Source: an uncultured Actinomycetota bacterium
GTDB lineage: Bacteria > Actinomycetota > Actinomycetes > JAHEKZ01
Length of the DNA: 64,000 nucleotides
Direction of reading: 5' to 3'
Assembly: GCA_963718235.1 (NCBI GenBank)
Contig: CAVQYR010000001.1
Location: 1,792,001 to 1,856,000, forward strand
Shown here: piece by piece, positions 38,201 through 47,377 of the stretch
Numbering within the stretch: the stretch's first letter is position 1
Layout of the letters: every line of letters starts with the position of its first letter
Program-made: the position numbers and the translations under genes
Notes under the pieces: generated by a model
What the model was told of the DNA's origin: nothing
Databases searched by the model: none
The model's input: only the letters and a program-made list of their open reading frames with translations

Positions 38201-38971
38201 GTCGGCCGACTCGGGCACGTCGGTCTGGTCACCCCAGATCTGCGGCGAGGCGATCGGCAGGTCGCAGTACCAGTCGTAGAACGACAGCATCGTCCCGCCG
38301 ATCAGCGACGTGTAGCGCGCGCCGGCGGCGTGCGAGGCCATCGACATCGCAGGGATCGGGGAGAAGCCGGCGACCCGGTCCGGGCCGTACTTCTTGATCG
38401 TGTACACCTGCGCGGCGGCGGTGATCTCCAGTGCCTCTTCCCAGGAGGTGCGGACGAGCCCTCCCTTCCCGCGCTGGGCCTTGTAGCTCGTGGCGGCCGC
38501 GGGGTCCTCGACGATGCTGGCCCAGGCCTCGACCGGGTCACCGCCCGACGTCTCCTTGGCCGCGCGGTACAGCTCGAGCAGGAGGCCGCGGGCGTACGGG
38601 TAGCGGATCCGGGTCGGTGAGTAGGTGTACCAGGAGAAGGCGGCACCCCGTGGGCAGCCGCGAGGTTCGTACTCCGGCGAGTCCGCCCCCACCGACGGGT
38701 AGTCCGTCTGCTGGGTCTCCCAGGTGATGATGCCGTCCTTGACGTACACCTTCCAGGAGCACGAGCCGGTGCAGTTGACGCCGTGCGTCGAGCGCACGAC
38801 CCGGTCGTGGGACCAACGGTCGCGGTAGAAGACATCGCCCTCCCGGCCACCGGTCAGGTACAGCGACCGCTTGTCGTCGGACACGTCGGTCTTTCCGAAG
38901 AACGAGCGGGTCGCGATCAGGGCGTCGACCAGTCGGTCGTCGGCGGTGCGGGCTCGTGACTCAGCGGGCAT
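35267..38971 (-). CDS. narG: respiratory nitrate reductase alpha subunit
   Basis: RSTHGVNCTGSC, EPRGCPRG, FYDWYCDLP, TPHSKWSIHS, NYYGPTGNQRD. Confidence 0.97.
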   Translation of the reverse strand: MPAESRARTADDRLVDALIATRSFFGKTDVSDDKRSLYLTGGREGDVFYRDRWSHDRVVRSTHGVNCTGSCSWKVYVKDGIITWETQQTDYPSVGADSPEYEPRGCPRGAAFSWYTYSPTRIRYPYARGLLLELYRAAKETSGGDPVEAWASIVEDPAAATSYKAQRGKGGLVRTSWEEALEITAAAQVYTIKKYGPDRVAGFSPIPAMSMASHAAGARYTSLIGGTMLSFYDWYCDLPIASPQIWGDQTDVPESADWWNASYLIMWGSNIPTTRTPDAHFMTEARYKGQKVVTVSPDYADNTKFADEWLATHPGTDGALAMAMGHVVLKEFFVDRDTPMFTAYVKQFSDLPYLVTLKQRGDAYVPDHFVTAELLGDADEGAAWKTAVLDSGTGEPVVPNGSLGFRHTESGMGRWNLDLDDVDPLLTLHGPECDSVAVDLPRFDVGEGRDECGSVIRRGVPVRRLGDHLVTTVFDLMLAQYGVGRPGLPGQWARDYDDAESPYTPAWQEEITSVPAAAVARIAREFADNAERSNGRSMIALGAGTNHWYHSDTIYRAIIALVVLTGCQGRNGGGWAHYVGQEKVRPFTGWAQLAFGLDWNRPPRQMAGTAFWYLATDQWRYDAFRADQVSAKTGSGLFEGRAMADTLAQAVRLGWTPSYPTFDANPLDLADAAAAAGRTPAEHVVDQLKTGELRFACEDPDNPVNFPRVLTIWRANLLGSSGKGNEYFLHHLLGADGAVANTVETPPELRPHDVVWRDQAPVGKVDLLVSMDFRMTSTGLFSDVLLPAATWYEKYDLSSTDMHPYVHAFNAAIAPPWQTRSDYDAFQQMAVVFSALAAKHLGVRTDVVAMPLQHDTPGETAQPGGRVRDWRTGEVEPIPGKTMPGLMVVERDYADIAAKMSALGPNVEKLGTTVKGITLKQQGSVDHLRRVNGVVAGGVADGRPQLRTAEQACEAILTLSGVSNGAIAVAGFRELEKRTGQTLADLAEDNEGKHITFADTQSRPQPVITSWEWSGSEHGGRRYSPFVINVERLKPWHTLTGRQHFFLDHEWIAEVGECLPTYRPPLNLHVLADYPRIGDVDSTGVAVRYLTPHSKWSIHSEYQDNLFMLALSRGGPDLWMSKEDAAKIGVRDNDWIEAVNRNGIVVARAVVTHRMPEGTVYMYHAKDRTVDVPRVEHTGKRGGIHNSLTRLILKPTHLVGGYAQLSYGFNYYGPTGNQRDEVTVIRRRSQEVQY

Positions 38972-39665
38972 CAGGGTTCGCCTCCGGAGTGGGCGTCGGG
39001 CTGGGTGTCTCTTGGCCCTGGCGCAGATGGGCGACGCACAGGTCGGGCCGCACGAAGACGTCGAGCCGGTCGAGCTCGACCCGCCCGCCCAGCTCCTCGA
39101 AGAGCCCGGACAGCAGGCCGGCATGCACCTGGCACACCGAGGGGTTCTCGCGCGCGAGCTCACCGAACGGGCAGCTGGTCAGGTAGAGGCGGTCCCCCAG
39201 CGGTTCGGTCTGGGTCCCGAACCCGAGCTGCTCGAGCCCGCGAGCGGCCAGCTCGGTGGCCGTGCGCACGTCAGCCACGGTGTCCTCGCCCAGGTGAGCG
39301 GTGGCCCGCAGTCGACGGCCCCAGTGCCGCCCGGCCGAGTGCGCCGCCCCACGCCCCTCGGTGTGCGCGATGCCGTTGGCCAGCTCACCGGCGAGCTGCT
39401 TGTAGGGGTCATCGGTCCCGACCGTGTGCCGGGCGCTGTAGAGCACCCGGGGACGTCCGGGCGCGCTGCGCGACTCGACCGTCCGGTCGATCTGCTCGAG
39501 GTCGACCAGCAGCTGGAGGTGCCCGCGCAGGGTGTTCGGGTGCAGCCCTGTCGTGGCGGCGAGCTCGGCGACGTCGAGCGGGTGGTCGGCGCCCTCGATC
39601 AGCGCAAGGACCCGACGGCGGGTGGACGCCCGGCCGTCGTCGGTTCGCTCCGCAGCCACCTGCAT
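38961..39665 (-). CDS. HTH regulator with C-terminal Cys cluster (ArnR-like)
   Basis: GLHPNTLRGHL, PGRPRVLY, then CPF...VCQVH...DLC; overlaps the narG start. Confidence 0.8.
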   Translation of the reverse strand: MQVAAERTDDGRASTRRRVLALIEGADHPLDVAELAATTGLHPNTLRGHLQLLVDLEQIDRTVESRSAPGRPRVLYSARHTVGTDDPYKQLAGELANGIAHTEGRGAAHSAGRHWGRRLRATAHLGEDTVADVRTATELAARGLEQLGFGTQTEPLGDRLYLTSCPFGELARENPSVCQVHAGLLSGLFEELGGRVELDRLDVFVRPDLCVAHLRQGQETPSPTPTPEANPDAR

Positions 39666-39744
39666 GGCGTCAGCCCTCTCGGTCGGTCGTGCTCGTAGAA
39701 ACGGGAACGCTGTCCATGCTGCGCGCTCAGGAGGGCGTGCTGCA

Positions 39745-39780
39745 CCCACCTTGGCCCCCAAGCCCCAGGACCAAGGTCCC
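39745..39780. promoter_or_regulatory. DosR/DevR/OsdR-like box with possible secondary site
   Basis: AGGACCAAGGTCCC (39767-80) resembles GGGACnnnnGTCCC; a weaker CCCACCTTGGCCCC lies 22 bp away. Confidence 0.55.
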
Positions 39781-39875
39781 GGCGGAACGCCAAGCTGACC
39801 CGGGTCCATCTCACCTGCCCGCCCGTCCCCTCGCTACGTACCGTGCGAGACGACCTACGCGACGCAGGAGGATCG

Positions 39876-41258
39876 ATGACCACGACGACACCGACGACTC
39901 CCGTCGCCGTTTCAACGGAACCGGCGCCTGCCCGGGGCCGCTACCGGGTGCTGGTCTGGTCCACGCTCGGCTTCACCCTGATGTTCGCGGTGTGGCTGCA
40001 GTTCGGGATCCTGGGCCTGCCCATCCAGCAGGAGTTCGGCTTCTCCGACACCGCCTTCTACTGGCTGACCGCCCTGCCGGTGCTCAATGGCGCGATCTGG
40101 CGGCTTCCGGCCGGACTGATCGCCGACCGGGTCGGGGGCAAGGTCGTCTTCACGGTGATGCTGCTCATGACCGCCGTGCCGACCCTGCTGCTCCCCCACA
40201 CCACCAGCCTGGTTGTGCTGTTCTTCCTTGCCTTCCTGATCGGGTTCGCCGGCAACTCCTTCTCGGTGGGCATCTCGTGGAACTCCGCGTGGTTCCCACG
40301 CAGCCAGCAGGGCTTCGCCCTTGGCGTGTTCGGCGCAGGCAACGTCGGTGCGTCGGCCACGAAGCTGATCGCTCCGGCCCTGATCGCCGCCACCGCCGGA
40401 ACGGTCTACCTGGGCGGACGGGTCGAGGGGGGCTGGCGCCTGATCCCCGTGCTCTACGCCGTACTCCTGGTTCTGATGGCCGCCGCGATGTGGTTCCTGA
40501 CCCCGCGTCACGACCGGAAGCCGGGGGCCCACGTGCCTCTGGCCGAACAGCTCAGGCCGCTGCGGCAGACTCGGGTCTGGCGGTTCAGCGTGTACTACGT
40601 AGTCGTCTTCGGGGCGTATGTCGCGCTCGCCTCGGCGCTGCCGAAGTTCTACGAGAACCAGTACGGCCTTGAGCTGTGGTCGGCGGCGCTCCTCACGGCC
40701 CTGTTCATCTTCCCGGCCTCGTTGTTCCGCCCGTTCGGCGGCTGGATGTCCGACCGGATCGGTGCCCGCAGGGTCATGTACGGCACTTTCGCGGTCATGC
40801 TCGTGACGAGCGGCATCCTGATGATGCCCACCGGCTACATCACCGTCGACGTGCTCGCCAGCAAGTCCCCCGACGGAACGGCCGAGATCCTTCCGTGGTC
40901 GCTGGGGCTCTGGCCGTTCACCGCGATCCTGTTCGTCCTCGGATGCGCCATGGGCATCGGCAAGGCCGCGGTCTACAAGCACATCCCCGAGTACTTCCCG
41001 AACGACGTCGGTGCAGTCGGTGGTCTCGTCGGCATGCTCGGCGCCCTCGGTGGCTTCTTCCTCCTTCCCGCCTTCGGCTACGCGATCAGGTTCACCGGGC
41101 TCCCGACCGCGTTGTTCGGAGTGCTCTTCCTGCTCACCCTGATCTCGGCGGTGTGGATGCACATCACCGTCGTGCGCATGCTCCACGCCCGCTCACCCGA
41201 GCTGGCCAACCAGTTCGAAGACCCTGACCATCGCACCCACGTGGGAGAGAGCTCATGA
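39876..41258 (+). CDS. narK: NarK-family nitrate/nitrite MFS transporter
   Basis: IWRLPAG, AGNSFSVG, GVFGAGNVG, GIGKAAVYK, VGGLVGMLGALGGF; AGGAGG RBS. Confidence 0.9.
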   Translation: MTTTTPTTPVAVSTEPAPARGRYRVLVWSTLGFTLMFAVWLQFGILGLPIQQEFGFSDTAFYWLTALPVLNGAIWRLPAGLIADRVGGKVVFTVMLLMTAVPTLLLPHTTSLVVLFFLAFLIGFAGNSFSVGISWNSAWFPRSQQGFALGVFGAGNVGASATKLIAPALIAATAGTVYLGGRVEGGWRLIPVLYAVLLVLMAAAMWFLTPRHDRKPGAHVPLAEQLRPLRQTRVWRFSVYYVVVFGAYVALASALPKFYENQYGLELWSAALLTALFIFPASLFRPFGGWMSDRIGARRVMYGTFAVMLVTSGILMMPTGYITVDVLASKSPDGTAEILPWSLGLWPFTAILFVLGCAMGIGKAAVYKHIPEYFPNDVGAVGGLVGMLGALGGFFLLPAFGYAIRFTGLPTALFGVLFLLTLISAVWMHITVVRMLHARSPELANQFEDPDHRTHVGESS

Positions 41259-42658
41259 GCACCAGCACGGCTGCAGACAACCGCAGCGGCAAGGAGTGGC
41301 TCAGCAACTGGAATCCTGAGGACGAGAAGTCGTGGGACTCCGCCCTGGCCTGGCGGACGATGTGGATCACCACGTTCGCTCTGACCCTGGCCTTCTCGAC
41401 CTGGTTCCTGGCCAGCGCCTTCGCCCCCATCCTGGCCAACCTCGGCTACACCTTCAGCAAGAACCAGCTGTACTGGCTGGCCGCGATGCCAGGGCTGGCG
41501 GGCGGAACCCTTCGGCTCGTCTGGATGGTGCTGCCACCCATCCTCGGCACCCGCCGAATGGTCACTTACACCACCGCGCTCCTGCTGCTCCCCCTCGTGG
41601 GCTGGATGATGGCGATCCAGAACCCGAGCACGCCCTACTGGGTGTTCATGTCGCTGGCCTTCCTGGCCGGGATCGGTGGCGGTGCCTTCTCCGGCTTCAT
41701 GCCGAGCACGTCCTACTTCTTCCCCAAGCGTCTCCAAGGTCGAACGCTGGGGCTGCAGGCCGGCATCGGCAACTTCGGCGTGTCTCTGGTCCAGTTCCTC
41801 ACCCCGCTCGTGGTCGGCGTGAGTCTGGTCGGTTCGTCCCAGCTGTTCGTGAACAAGGCCAAGGGCATCGAGAAGGACGTCTGGTACCAGAACGCCGCCC
41901 TCATCTACATCCCGTTCGTCGTCATCGCCGCGATCCTGGCCTGGACCATGCTGCGCAGCGTTCCCATCAAGGCCAACATCAAGCAGCAGTTCGACATCTT
42001 CGGCAACCAGGACACCTGGTGGATGACGATGCTCTACGTCATGACGTTCGGCACCTTTGCCGGACTCTCGGCGCAGTTCGGACTCCTGATCAAGAACCTG
42101 TACGGAGCCGGGAACACCGACATCGTCTCGACCCTGTCGGACGGGACCACCCAGCTGCTGCTCCAGGGCTACACCGTCCCGGACCCGATCAAGTTCGTCT
42201 TCTGGGGCCCGCTGGTGGGAGCCGCCTCCCGGATCTTCTTCAGCTTCTTCACCGACAAGACCGGCGGCGCTCCCTGGACGCTGGCGAGCGGTCTGGGCCT
42301 TCTGGGGTCGGTGATCTTCACCTCGAGGCACCTGAGTGTGGAGGTGGGTGCCGGGGCCGCCGCCGTCCAGAGCAACTTCCAGGCCTTCTTCTGGGGAATG
42401 ATGGCGATCTTCCTGTTCGCCGGGATGGGCAACGCCTCGACGTTCAAGCAGATGCCCATGATCTTCCCGCCCCGTCAGGCAGGCGGGGTCATCGGATGGA
42501 CCGCGGCCATCGCGGCATTCGGCCCCTTCTTCTTCGGCGTCGGCCTGACCATGATGTCGCCCTGGGCGTTCTACATGATCGGTGTCGCGTTCATCCTGGT
42601 GTGCATCGGGATCACCTGGGTGCGGTACGCACGCCCGGGAGCACCGAAGAGGTCCTGA
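41255..42658 (+). CDS. narK: second NarK-family nitrate/nitrite MFS transporter
   Basis: WNPEDE, GIGGGAFSGFMPSTSYFFPK, GIGNFG, GMGNASTFKQMP; ATGA overlap. Confidence 0.9.
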   Translation: MSTSTAADNRSGKEWLSNWNPEDEKSWDSALAWRTMWITTFALTLAFSTWFLASAFAPILANLGYTFSKNQLYWLAAMPGLAGGTLRLVWMVLPPILGTRRMVTYTTALLLLPLVGWMMAIQNPSTPYWVFMSLAFLAGIGGGAFSGFMPSTSYFFPKRLQGRTLGLQAGIGNFGVSLVQFLTPLVVGVSLVGSSQLFVNKAKGIEKDVWYQNAALIYIPFVVIAAILAWTMLRSVPIKANIKQQFDIFGNQDTWWMTMLYVMTFGTFAGLSAQFGLLIKNLYGAGNTDIVSTLSDGTTQLLLQGYTVPDPIKFVFWGPLVGAASRIFFSFFTDKTGGAPWTLASGLGLLGSVIFTSRHLSVEVGAGAAAVQSNFQAFFWGMMAIFLFAGMGNASTFKQMPMIFPPRQAGGVIGWTAAIAAFGPFFFGVGLTMMSPWAFYMIGVAFILVCIGITWVRYARPGAPKRS

Positions 42659-42684
42659 CCCGCACCTGGTCGAACCGCTCCGAG

Positions 42685-43677
42685 TCAGCCACCGATGGCG
42701 GACATGGGGCGGTTCGGCTGGATGAACGACGGGTCGTCGATCCCGTGTCCGGGCAGCTTCGCCGCCACACACGCGAGCATCTGATTGGCCAGCTCCTCGT
42801 CGGAGGCTCCCGCACGCATCGACGTGCGCAGGTCGGACTCGTCATGGGCGAACAGGCAGTTGCGCAGCTGGCCGTCGGCAGTCAGTCGCAGGCGGTCGCA
42901 CGAGCCGCAGAAGGGGCGTGACACCGACGCGACGATGCCCACCACCGCAGGACCGCCGTCGACCAGGAACCGCTCGCTCGGGTCGCTGCCCCGACCGTCA
43001 GCGGGACTGAGGACGAACCGCTCGGCGAGCATCGCCTCGATCTGCTCGGCGGTGACCATCTGGTCGCGGCGCCAGATCTGGTGGGCGTCCAAGGGCATCT
43101 GCTCGATGAAGCGAAGCTCGACTCCCTCGTCGAGCGCCCAGCCCAGCAGGTCGCACGCCTCGTCGTCGTTGACGCCGCGCATGAGCACGGTGTTGACCTT
43201 GACCGGCGTGAGTCCGGCCCGGCGGGCCGCTCGAACGCCGGCCAGTGTCTGCTCGAGCATGTCGCGCCGGGTCAGCTCCTTGAACCGGTCGGCGCGCAGC
43301 GTGTCGAGGCTGATGTTGACCCGACGCAGGCCGGCGTGGGCCAAGGGGCCGGCCAAGGTGGGCAGCCGGACCCCGTTGCTGGTCAAGGACAGCTCCGGTG
43401 CGTCCGGCCACGAGGACAGGGCGGCGACGACGTCGACGACATCGGGGCGCAGCAACGGCTCGCCGCCGGTGAGCCGAACCTCGGTGATCCCCAGTGAGAC
43501 ACCGATCCGGACCAGACGTACGAGCTCGTCGGTGGTCAACAGCTGGGGTCCGGGCAGCCAGGGCACACCCTCGGCGGGCATGCAGTAGGTGCACCTGAGG
43601 TTGCAGCGGTCGGTGAGGGACACCCGCAGGTCACGGTGGGCGCGGCCGTACCGGTCGAGCAGCAGGGAGTCGGTCAC
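42685..43677 (-). CDS. moaA: GTP 3',8-cyclase
   Basis: CNLRCTYC, LTGGEP, FCGSCDRLR..NCLF, C-terminal MSAIGG. Confidence 0.96.
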   Translation of the reverse strand: MTDSLLLDRYGRAHRDLRVSLTDRCNLRCTYCMPAEGVPWLPGPQLLTTDELVRLVRIGVSLGITEVRLTGGEPLLRPDVVDVVAALSSWPDAPELSLTSNGVRLPTLAGPLAHAGLRRVNISLDTLRADRFKELTRRDMLEQTLAGVRAARRAGLTPVKVNTVLMRGVNDDEACDLLGWALDEGVELRFIEQMPLDAHQIWRRDQMVTAEQIEAMLAERFVLSPADGRGSDPSERFLVDGGPAVVGIVASVSRPFCGSCDRLRLTADGQLRNCLFAHDESDLRTSMRAGASDEELANQMLACVAAKLPGHGIDDPSFIQPNRPMSAIGG

Positions 43678-44120
43678 GCGCAGTTCACCCACTCGTGCGT
43701 TCCGTCGGCGAACCGTTGCAGCTTCCAGACCGGAAGGCCCGCCTTGACCGTGTCGACCAGGTCGCGGCAGGCGTCGAAGGCCTCGCTGCGGTGCGCCGAA
43801 CCGGCCGTGGCCGCGAAGGCGACCTCGCCGACGCAGAGGTCACCGATCCGGTGCGCCGTGGCCATCGTGACGGCCGGGTGCCGGCTCGAGACAGCGTCGA
43901 CCAGCTGGGTGAGGACCCGGGCGGCGCTCGGGTGACCCTCGTAGCGAAGATCGTCCACCGGACGGCCGTGGTCGTGGTCGCGCACCCGACCGACGAACGT
44001 CACCACGGCACCGCTCGAGCGGCTGGCCACCAGGGCCTCGAGGGCATCGACCTCGATCGGCCGGTCGGTGACGACGGCGTGGGTCACCGTTGCTCCAGGT
44101 GACCGCGTAGGGGCGGACAT
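43674..44120 (-). CDS. moaE: molybdopterin synthase large subunit
   Basis: GAVVTFVGRVRDHD, HRIGDL, AHRSEAF, PVWKLQ. Confidence 0.92.
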   Translation of the reverse strand: MSAPTRSPGATVTHAVVTDRPIEVDALEALVASRSSGAVVTFVGRVRDHDHGRPVDDLRYEGHPSAARVLTQLVDAVSSRHPAVTMATAHRIGDLCVGEVAFAATAGSAHRSEAFDACRDLVDTVKAGLPVWKLQRFADGTHEWVNCA

Positions 44121-44153
44121 GACTCCCAGGGTAGGTGCAAGCCGCCGCGACGG

Positions 44154-44405
44154 TCAGTCAGGAGCGGTATGGGCCCTGGCCAGGGCCCCGATCTCCGCGG
44201 ACATCCCCACCGCCTCTGCGCTGTCGGCCGAGCGTGCCCCGGCGGCGTAGCCGACCAGGAAGGTGGTCAGGGGGGCCGCCGGGCGAGCGACGTGGTGCGC
44301 GGCGTCGCGGGCGAGATCGAGCACGGCCTGCTCGTCGAGCACCGACAGGTCGATGCCCAAGGTCGCGGCGACCTCGGTCAGCCAGTCGTCGACGGTTCCG
44401 GACAA
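44154..44405 (-). CDS. DUF6457-like small protein
   Basis: VLDLARDAAHHVARPAAPLTTFLVGYAAG; TTG 44405 with CAGGAG RBS. Confidence 0.75.
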   Translation of the reverse strand: MSGTVDDWLTEVAATLGIDLSVLDEQAVLDLARDAAHHVARPAAPLTTFLVGYAAGARSADSAEAVGMSAEIGALARAHTAPD

Positions 44406-44464
44406 GGGGGCTCCTGGCGGTCGGTTCGGGCAGGGACATCGAGGGCCCACGCTAGCGTGCGCCC

Positions 44465-45658
44465 ATGGATGTCGGGGCGGACCACCGCAATGCCGCCTGG
44501 CCGGCGGCGCGCGCGCTGGCCCACCGATGCGCCCGGCCGCGAGCGTCGGCCGCGTTGCCTCTCTCCGACGCCCTGGGCACCACGCTCGCCGCGGACGTCA
44601 CGGCGCTGACCGCCCTGCCGGCCTTCGACACGGCCACCATGGACGGCTGGTGCGTGGCTGGTGACCCGCCATGGCGGATCGTGGGCGAGGTGCTGGCCGG
44701 TGGGTCACCCGGAGCCCTGGCGCCCGGTGAGGCAGTCGTCATCGCCACGGGGGCCCGACTCCCACTGGGCGCCCGGGCCGTCGTACGTCGCGAGCACGCC
44801 ACCTCTGACGGCACCCGGGTGGTCCCCGGCCCCGCGGCCGCCTGGGACCACGGCCGCGACGTGCGGCTGCGCGGGGAGGAGGCTCGCGCGGGAGACGTGC
44901 TGCTCACCGCAGGATCGGCGGTGACTCCGCCTGTGCTCGGACTGGCCGCCGCTGCCGGTCACGACCTGCTCACGGTCTACCCCCGACCCACCGTCGACGT
45001 GCTGGTTCTCGGGGACGAGCTGCTGGACCGGGGGCCGGCGGTCGAGGGGCTGGTCCGCGACGCGCTCGGCCCGCAGATCCCCGGGTGGGTCGCCGCAGCC
45101 GGTGGCGTGCTGTCGTCGATCGTGCGGGTCCCCGACCGGCTCGACGCGACGGTGGACGCCCTGCTGGCGAGCCGGGCGGACCTCGTGGTGACCACAGGGG
45201 GAACCGCCCGAGGTCCGGTCGACCAGGTCCATCCGGCCCTGCGCGCGGTGGGGGCGCGTCTGCTCGTCGACCAGGTGGCCGTACGACCCGGCCACCCGAT
45301 GCTGCTGGCTGGGCTTGGCGACGACCGCCTGCTCGTGGGCCTTCCCGGGAACCCGTTGGCGGCTGCGGTCGGGTTCTCCTCCCTGGCCGCGCCGGCGCTG
45401 CGTGGGGCCAGGGGTCTGCCCGACGAGGTGCTGACCCTGGGGCGGCTCACCGCTTCGCTGCTCGCACCGCCCGACGCCCACCGTCTGGTGCCGGTACGGG
45501 TGGGCCGCGACGGCGTCACCGTCACCGTCACTCCCCTCCCGCACCACGGGCCGGCGATGCTCCGCGGCCTGACCCAGGCGGACGGGCTGGCGGTCGCTCC
45601 CCCCGGCGGGGCGGAGCAGGGCGCCGACGTCGAGCTGGTGGCCCTGCCCTGGCGGTGA
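44465..45658 (+). CDS. moeA: molybdopterin molybdotransferase
   Basis: PAFDTATMDGW, IATGA, LGDEL, TTGGTARG, VRPGHP, GLPGNP. Confidence 0.88.
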   Translation: MDVGADHRNAAWPAARALAHRCARPRASAALPLSDALGTTLAADVTALTALPAFDTATMDGWCVAGDPPWRIVGEVLAGGSPGALAPGEAVVIATGARLPLGARAVVRREHATSDGTRVVPGPAAAWDHGRDVRLRGEEARAGDVLLTAGSAVTPPVLGLAAAAGHDLLTVYPRPTVDVLVLGDELLDRGPAVEGLVRDALGPQIPGWVAAAGGVLSSIVRVPDRLDATVDALLASRADLVVTTGGTARGPVDQVHPALRAVGARLLVDQVAVRPGHPMLLAGLGDDRLLVGLPGNPLAAAVGFSSLAAPALRGARGLPDEVLTLGRLTASLLAPPDAHRLVPVRVGRDGVTVTVTPLPHHGPAMLRGLTQADGLAVAPPGGAEQGADVELVALPWR

Positions 45659-45674
45659 GCGGGCGCCGGGCCGG

Positions 45675-46469
45675 TCAGCGGCGCGGGGGAAGCAGCGCCC
45701 GCGCACTGAACCGTCCACCACGGCGGTCGACCACCAGGGGGATCCCGAACGTCGCGGTCAGCCAGGCCGGGGTGAGCACGTCGTCGACCGCCCCGGAGAC
45801 CACCACCCGCCCGTTCCTCAGCAGCAGCGCATGGGTGAACCCCGGCGGGATCTCCTCGACGTGGTGCGTCACCAGGACCATGGCCGGGCTCATCGGGTCG
45901 GCGGCGAGGGCCCCCAGCCGGCGCACGAGGTCCTCACGTCCTCCCAGGTCGAGACCCGCGGCGGGCTCGTCCAGGAGCAGCAGCTCGGGGTCGCTCATGA
46001 GTGCCCGCGCGATCTGGGTGCGCTTGCGCTCCCCCTCGCTGAGCGTGCCGTAGGCCCGGGCGGTGAGGTCGCCGGCACCGACGGCGGCCAGCAGCTGTGC
46101 GGCCCGGTGACGGTCGACCGAGTCGTACGGCTCGCGCCACCGGCCCACCACGGCGTAGGACGCCGTCAGCACCACGTCGAGCACGTTCTCGCGACCGGGG
46201 ATCTGCTCGGCCAGCGCTGCACTGACCAGACCGATGCGCGGCCGCAGCTCGAACACATCGACGGCGCCCAGGGTCTCGTCGAGCACCTCGACGTGCCCGT
46301 CCGACGGATGCATGAGCGCCGCCGCAAGCTGCATCACGGTCGTCTTTCCCGCGCCGTTGGGTCCCAGGACGACCCAGCGCTCGCCCTCCTCGACGCTCCA
46401 CTCGACGTCGTCGAGGATGCGCCGACCGCCGCGGACGACCGTGGCGTGGGAGAGCGCGAGCACGGGCAC
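45675..46469 (-). CDS. ABC transporter ATP-binding protein
   Basis: GPNGAGKT, LSEGERKR, LDEPAAGLD, VTHHVEEIP. Confidence 0.9.
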   Translation of the reverse strand: MPVLALSHATVVRGGRRILDDVEWSVEEGERWVVLGPNGAGKTTVMQLAAALMHPSDGHVEVLDETLGAVDVFELRPRIGLVSAALAEQIPGRENVLDVVLTASYAVVGRWREPYDSVDRHRAAQLLAAVGAGDLTARAYGTLSEGERKRTQIARALMSDPELLLLDEPAAGLDLGGREDLVRRLGALAADPMSPAMVLVTHHVEEIPPGFTHALLLRNGRVVVSGAVDDVLTPAWLTATFGIPLVVDRRGGRFSARALLPPRR

Positions 46470-46528
46470 GACCACAACCTACGTCGCACCCGCACGCGGG
46501 CGGCGGGCGGCGCGCCTACGCTACGAGG

Positions 46529-47314
46529 ATGCCTGGACCCCACGACGTCGCCGACCGCTGCGGGCGGCTGGCCGCCTGGGGCACAGCAGCCCTTCAGGGA
46601 ACGGCTCCCCACGACGCAGCCGTCGCGGCGATCCTGGGAGACGACGCCGCCCACGACGTCGTCGACCTGCCGGGTTCACTCGACGCCCAGGAGTGGGCCC
46701 CGGCGCTCGGTCTGCTCGACCAGCTCGGCCCCGTGCTCCTCACCTTCGTCGCGTGCGTGCCCGGCGACGTCCTGGGGCTGCCCGGACCAGCCGCCTTCAA
46801 TGCCGCGGCGGCGCACGCGGGCGGTGCGGTGATCGCGCACGGGCCGTCCTTGGGCCTGCTCCCGACGGTCACGACCCACGGGGTCGACGACGACCTGGCA
46901 GTCACGGTGCAGTGGACCTGCTGGTCAGTCACTGCCCAGCCCGGCGCACCCTGGTCCAGCCTGCCCGAGGCGGACCGTCAGCTGACCGAGCAGCTCCAGC
47001 GGGCGGCGGCGGACCTGCGGCGGCTCGACACCGCGGCGTTTCGCCCCGAGGCGCTGGGCCTGCTGCGAACCCCCGCCGCCCACGCCTCGCCCCTTCCCCC
47101 CGGATGGCCCGACCGGGCGCACCGACTGCTCAGCCGCAGCCAGGGCGTCCTCGCCGTGTTGGAGCTCGCCCGCCAGGACGACGGCCGGTCGGTCACCGCG
47201 GCCGACGTGGTGCAGCGCGACGCCATCCTGCGGGAGCTGCAACGCGCAGCCCGCTCGGCCCGAGCTGCCGCATGGAACGCGGGGGTGCGTCCCGCTGTCC
47301 TGCGTCCCGGCTGA
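46529..47314 (+). CDS. hypothetical protein
   Basis: High-GC coding pattern; -10 element directly before the ATG; fills the gap before serB. Confidence 0.65.
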   Translation: MPGPHDVADRCGRLAAWGTAALQGTAPHDAAVAAILGDDAAHDVVDLPGSLDAQEWAPALGLLDQLGPVLLTFVACVPGDVLGLPGPAAFNAAAAHAGGAVIAHGPSLGLLPTVTTHGVDDDLAVTVQWTCWSVTAQPGAPWSSLPEADRQLTEQLQRAAADLRRLDTAAFRPEALGLLRTPAAHASPLPPGWPDRAHRLLSRSQGVLAVLELARQDDGRSVTAADVVQRDAILRELQRAARSARAAAWNAGVRPAVLRPG

Positions 47315-47377
47315 GCCGATCGACGGCAGCGAGCCCGGCGTGGACGAGCGGGTCGCGATCGGTACCGTGGCGCGGTC

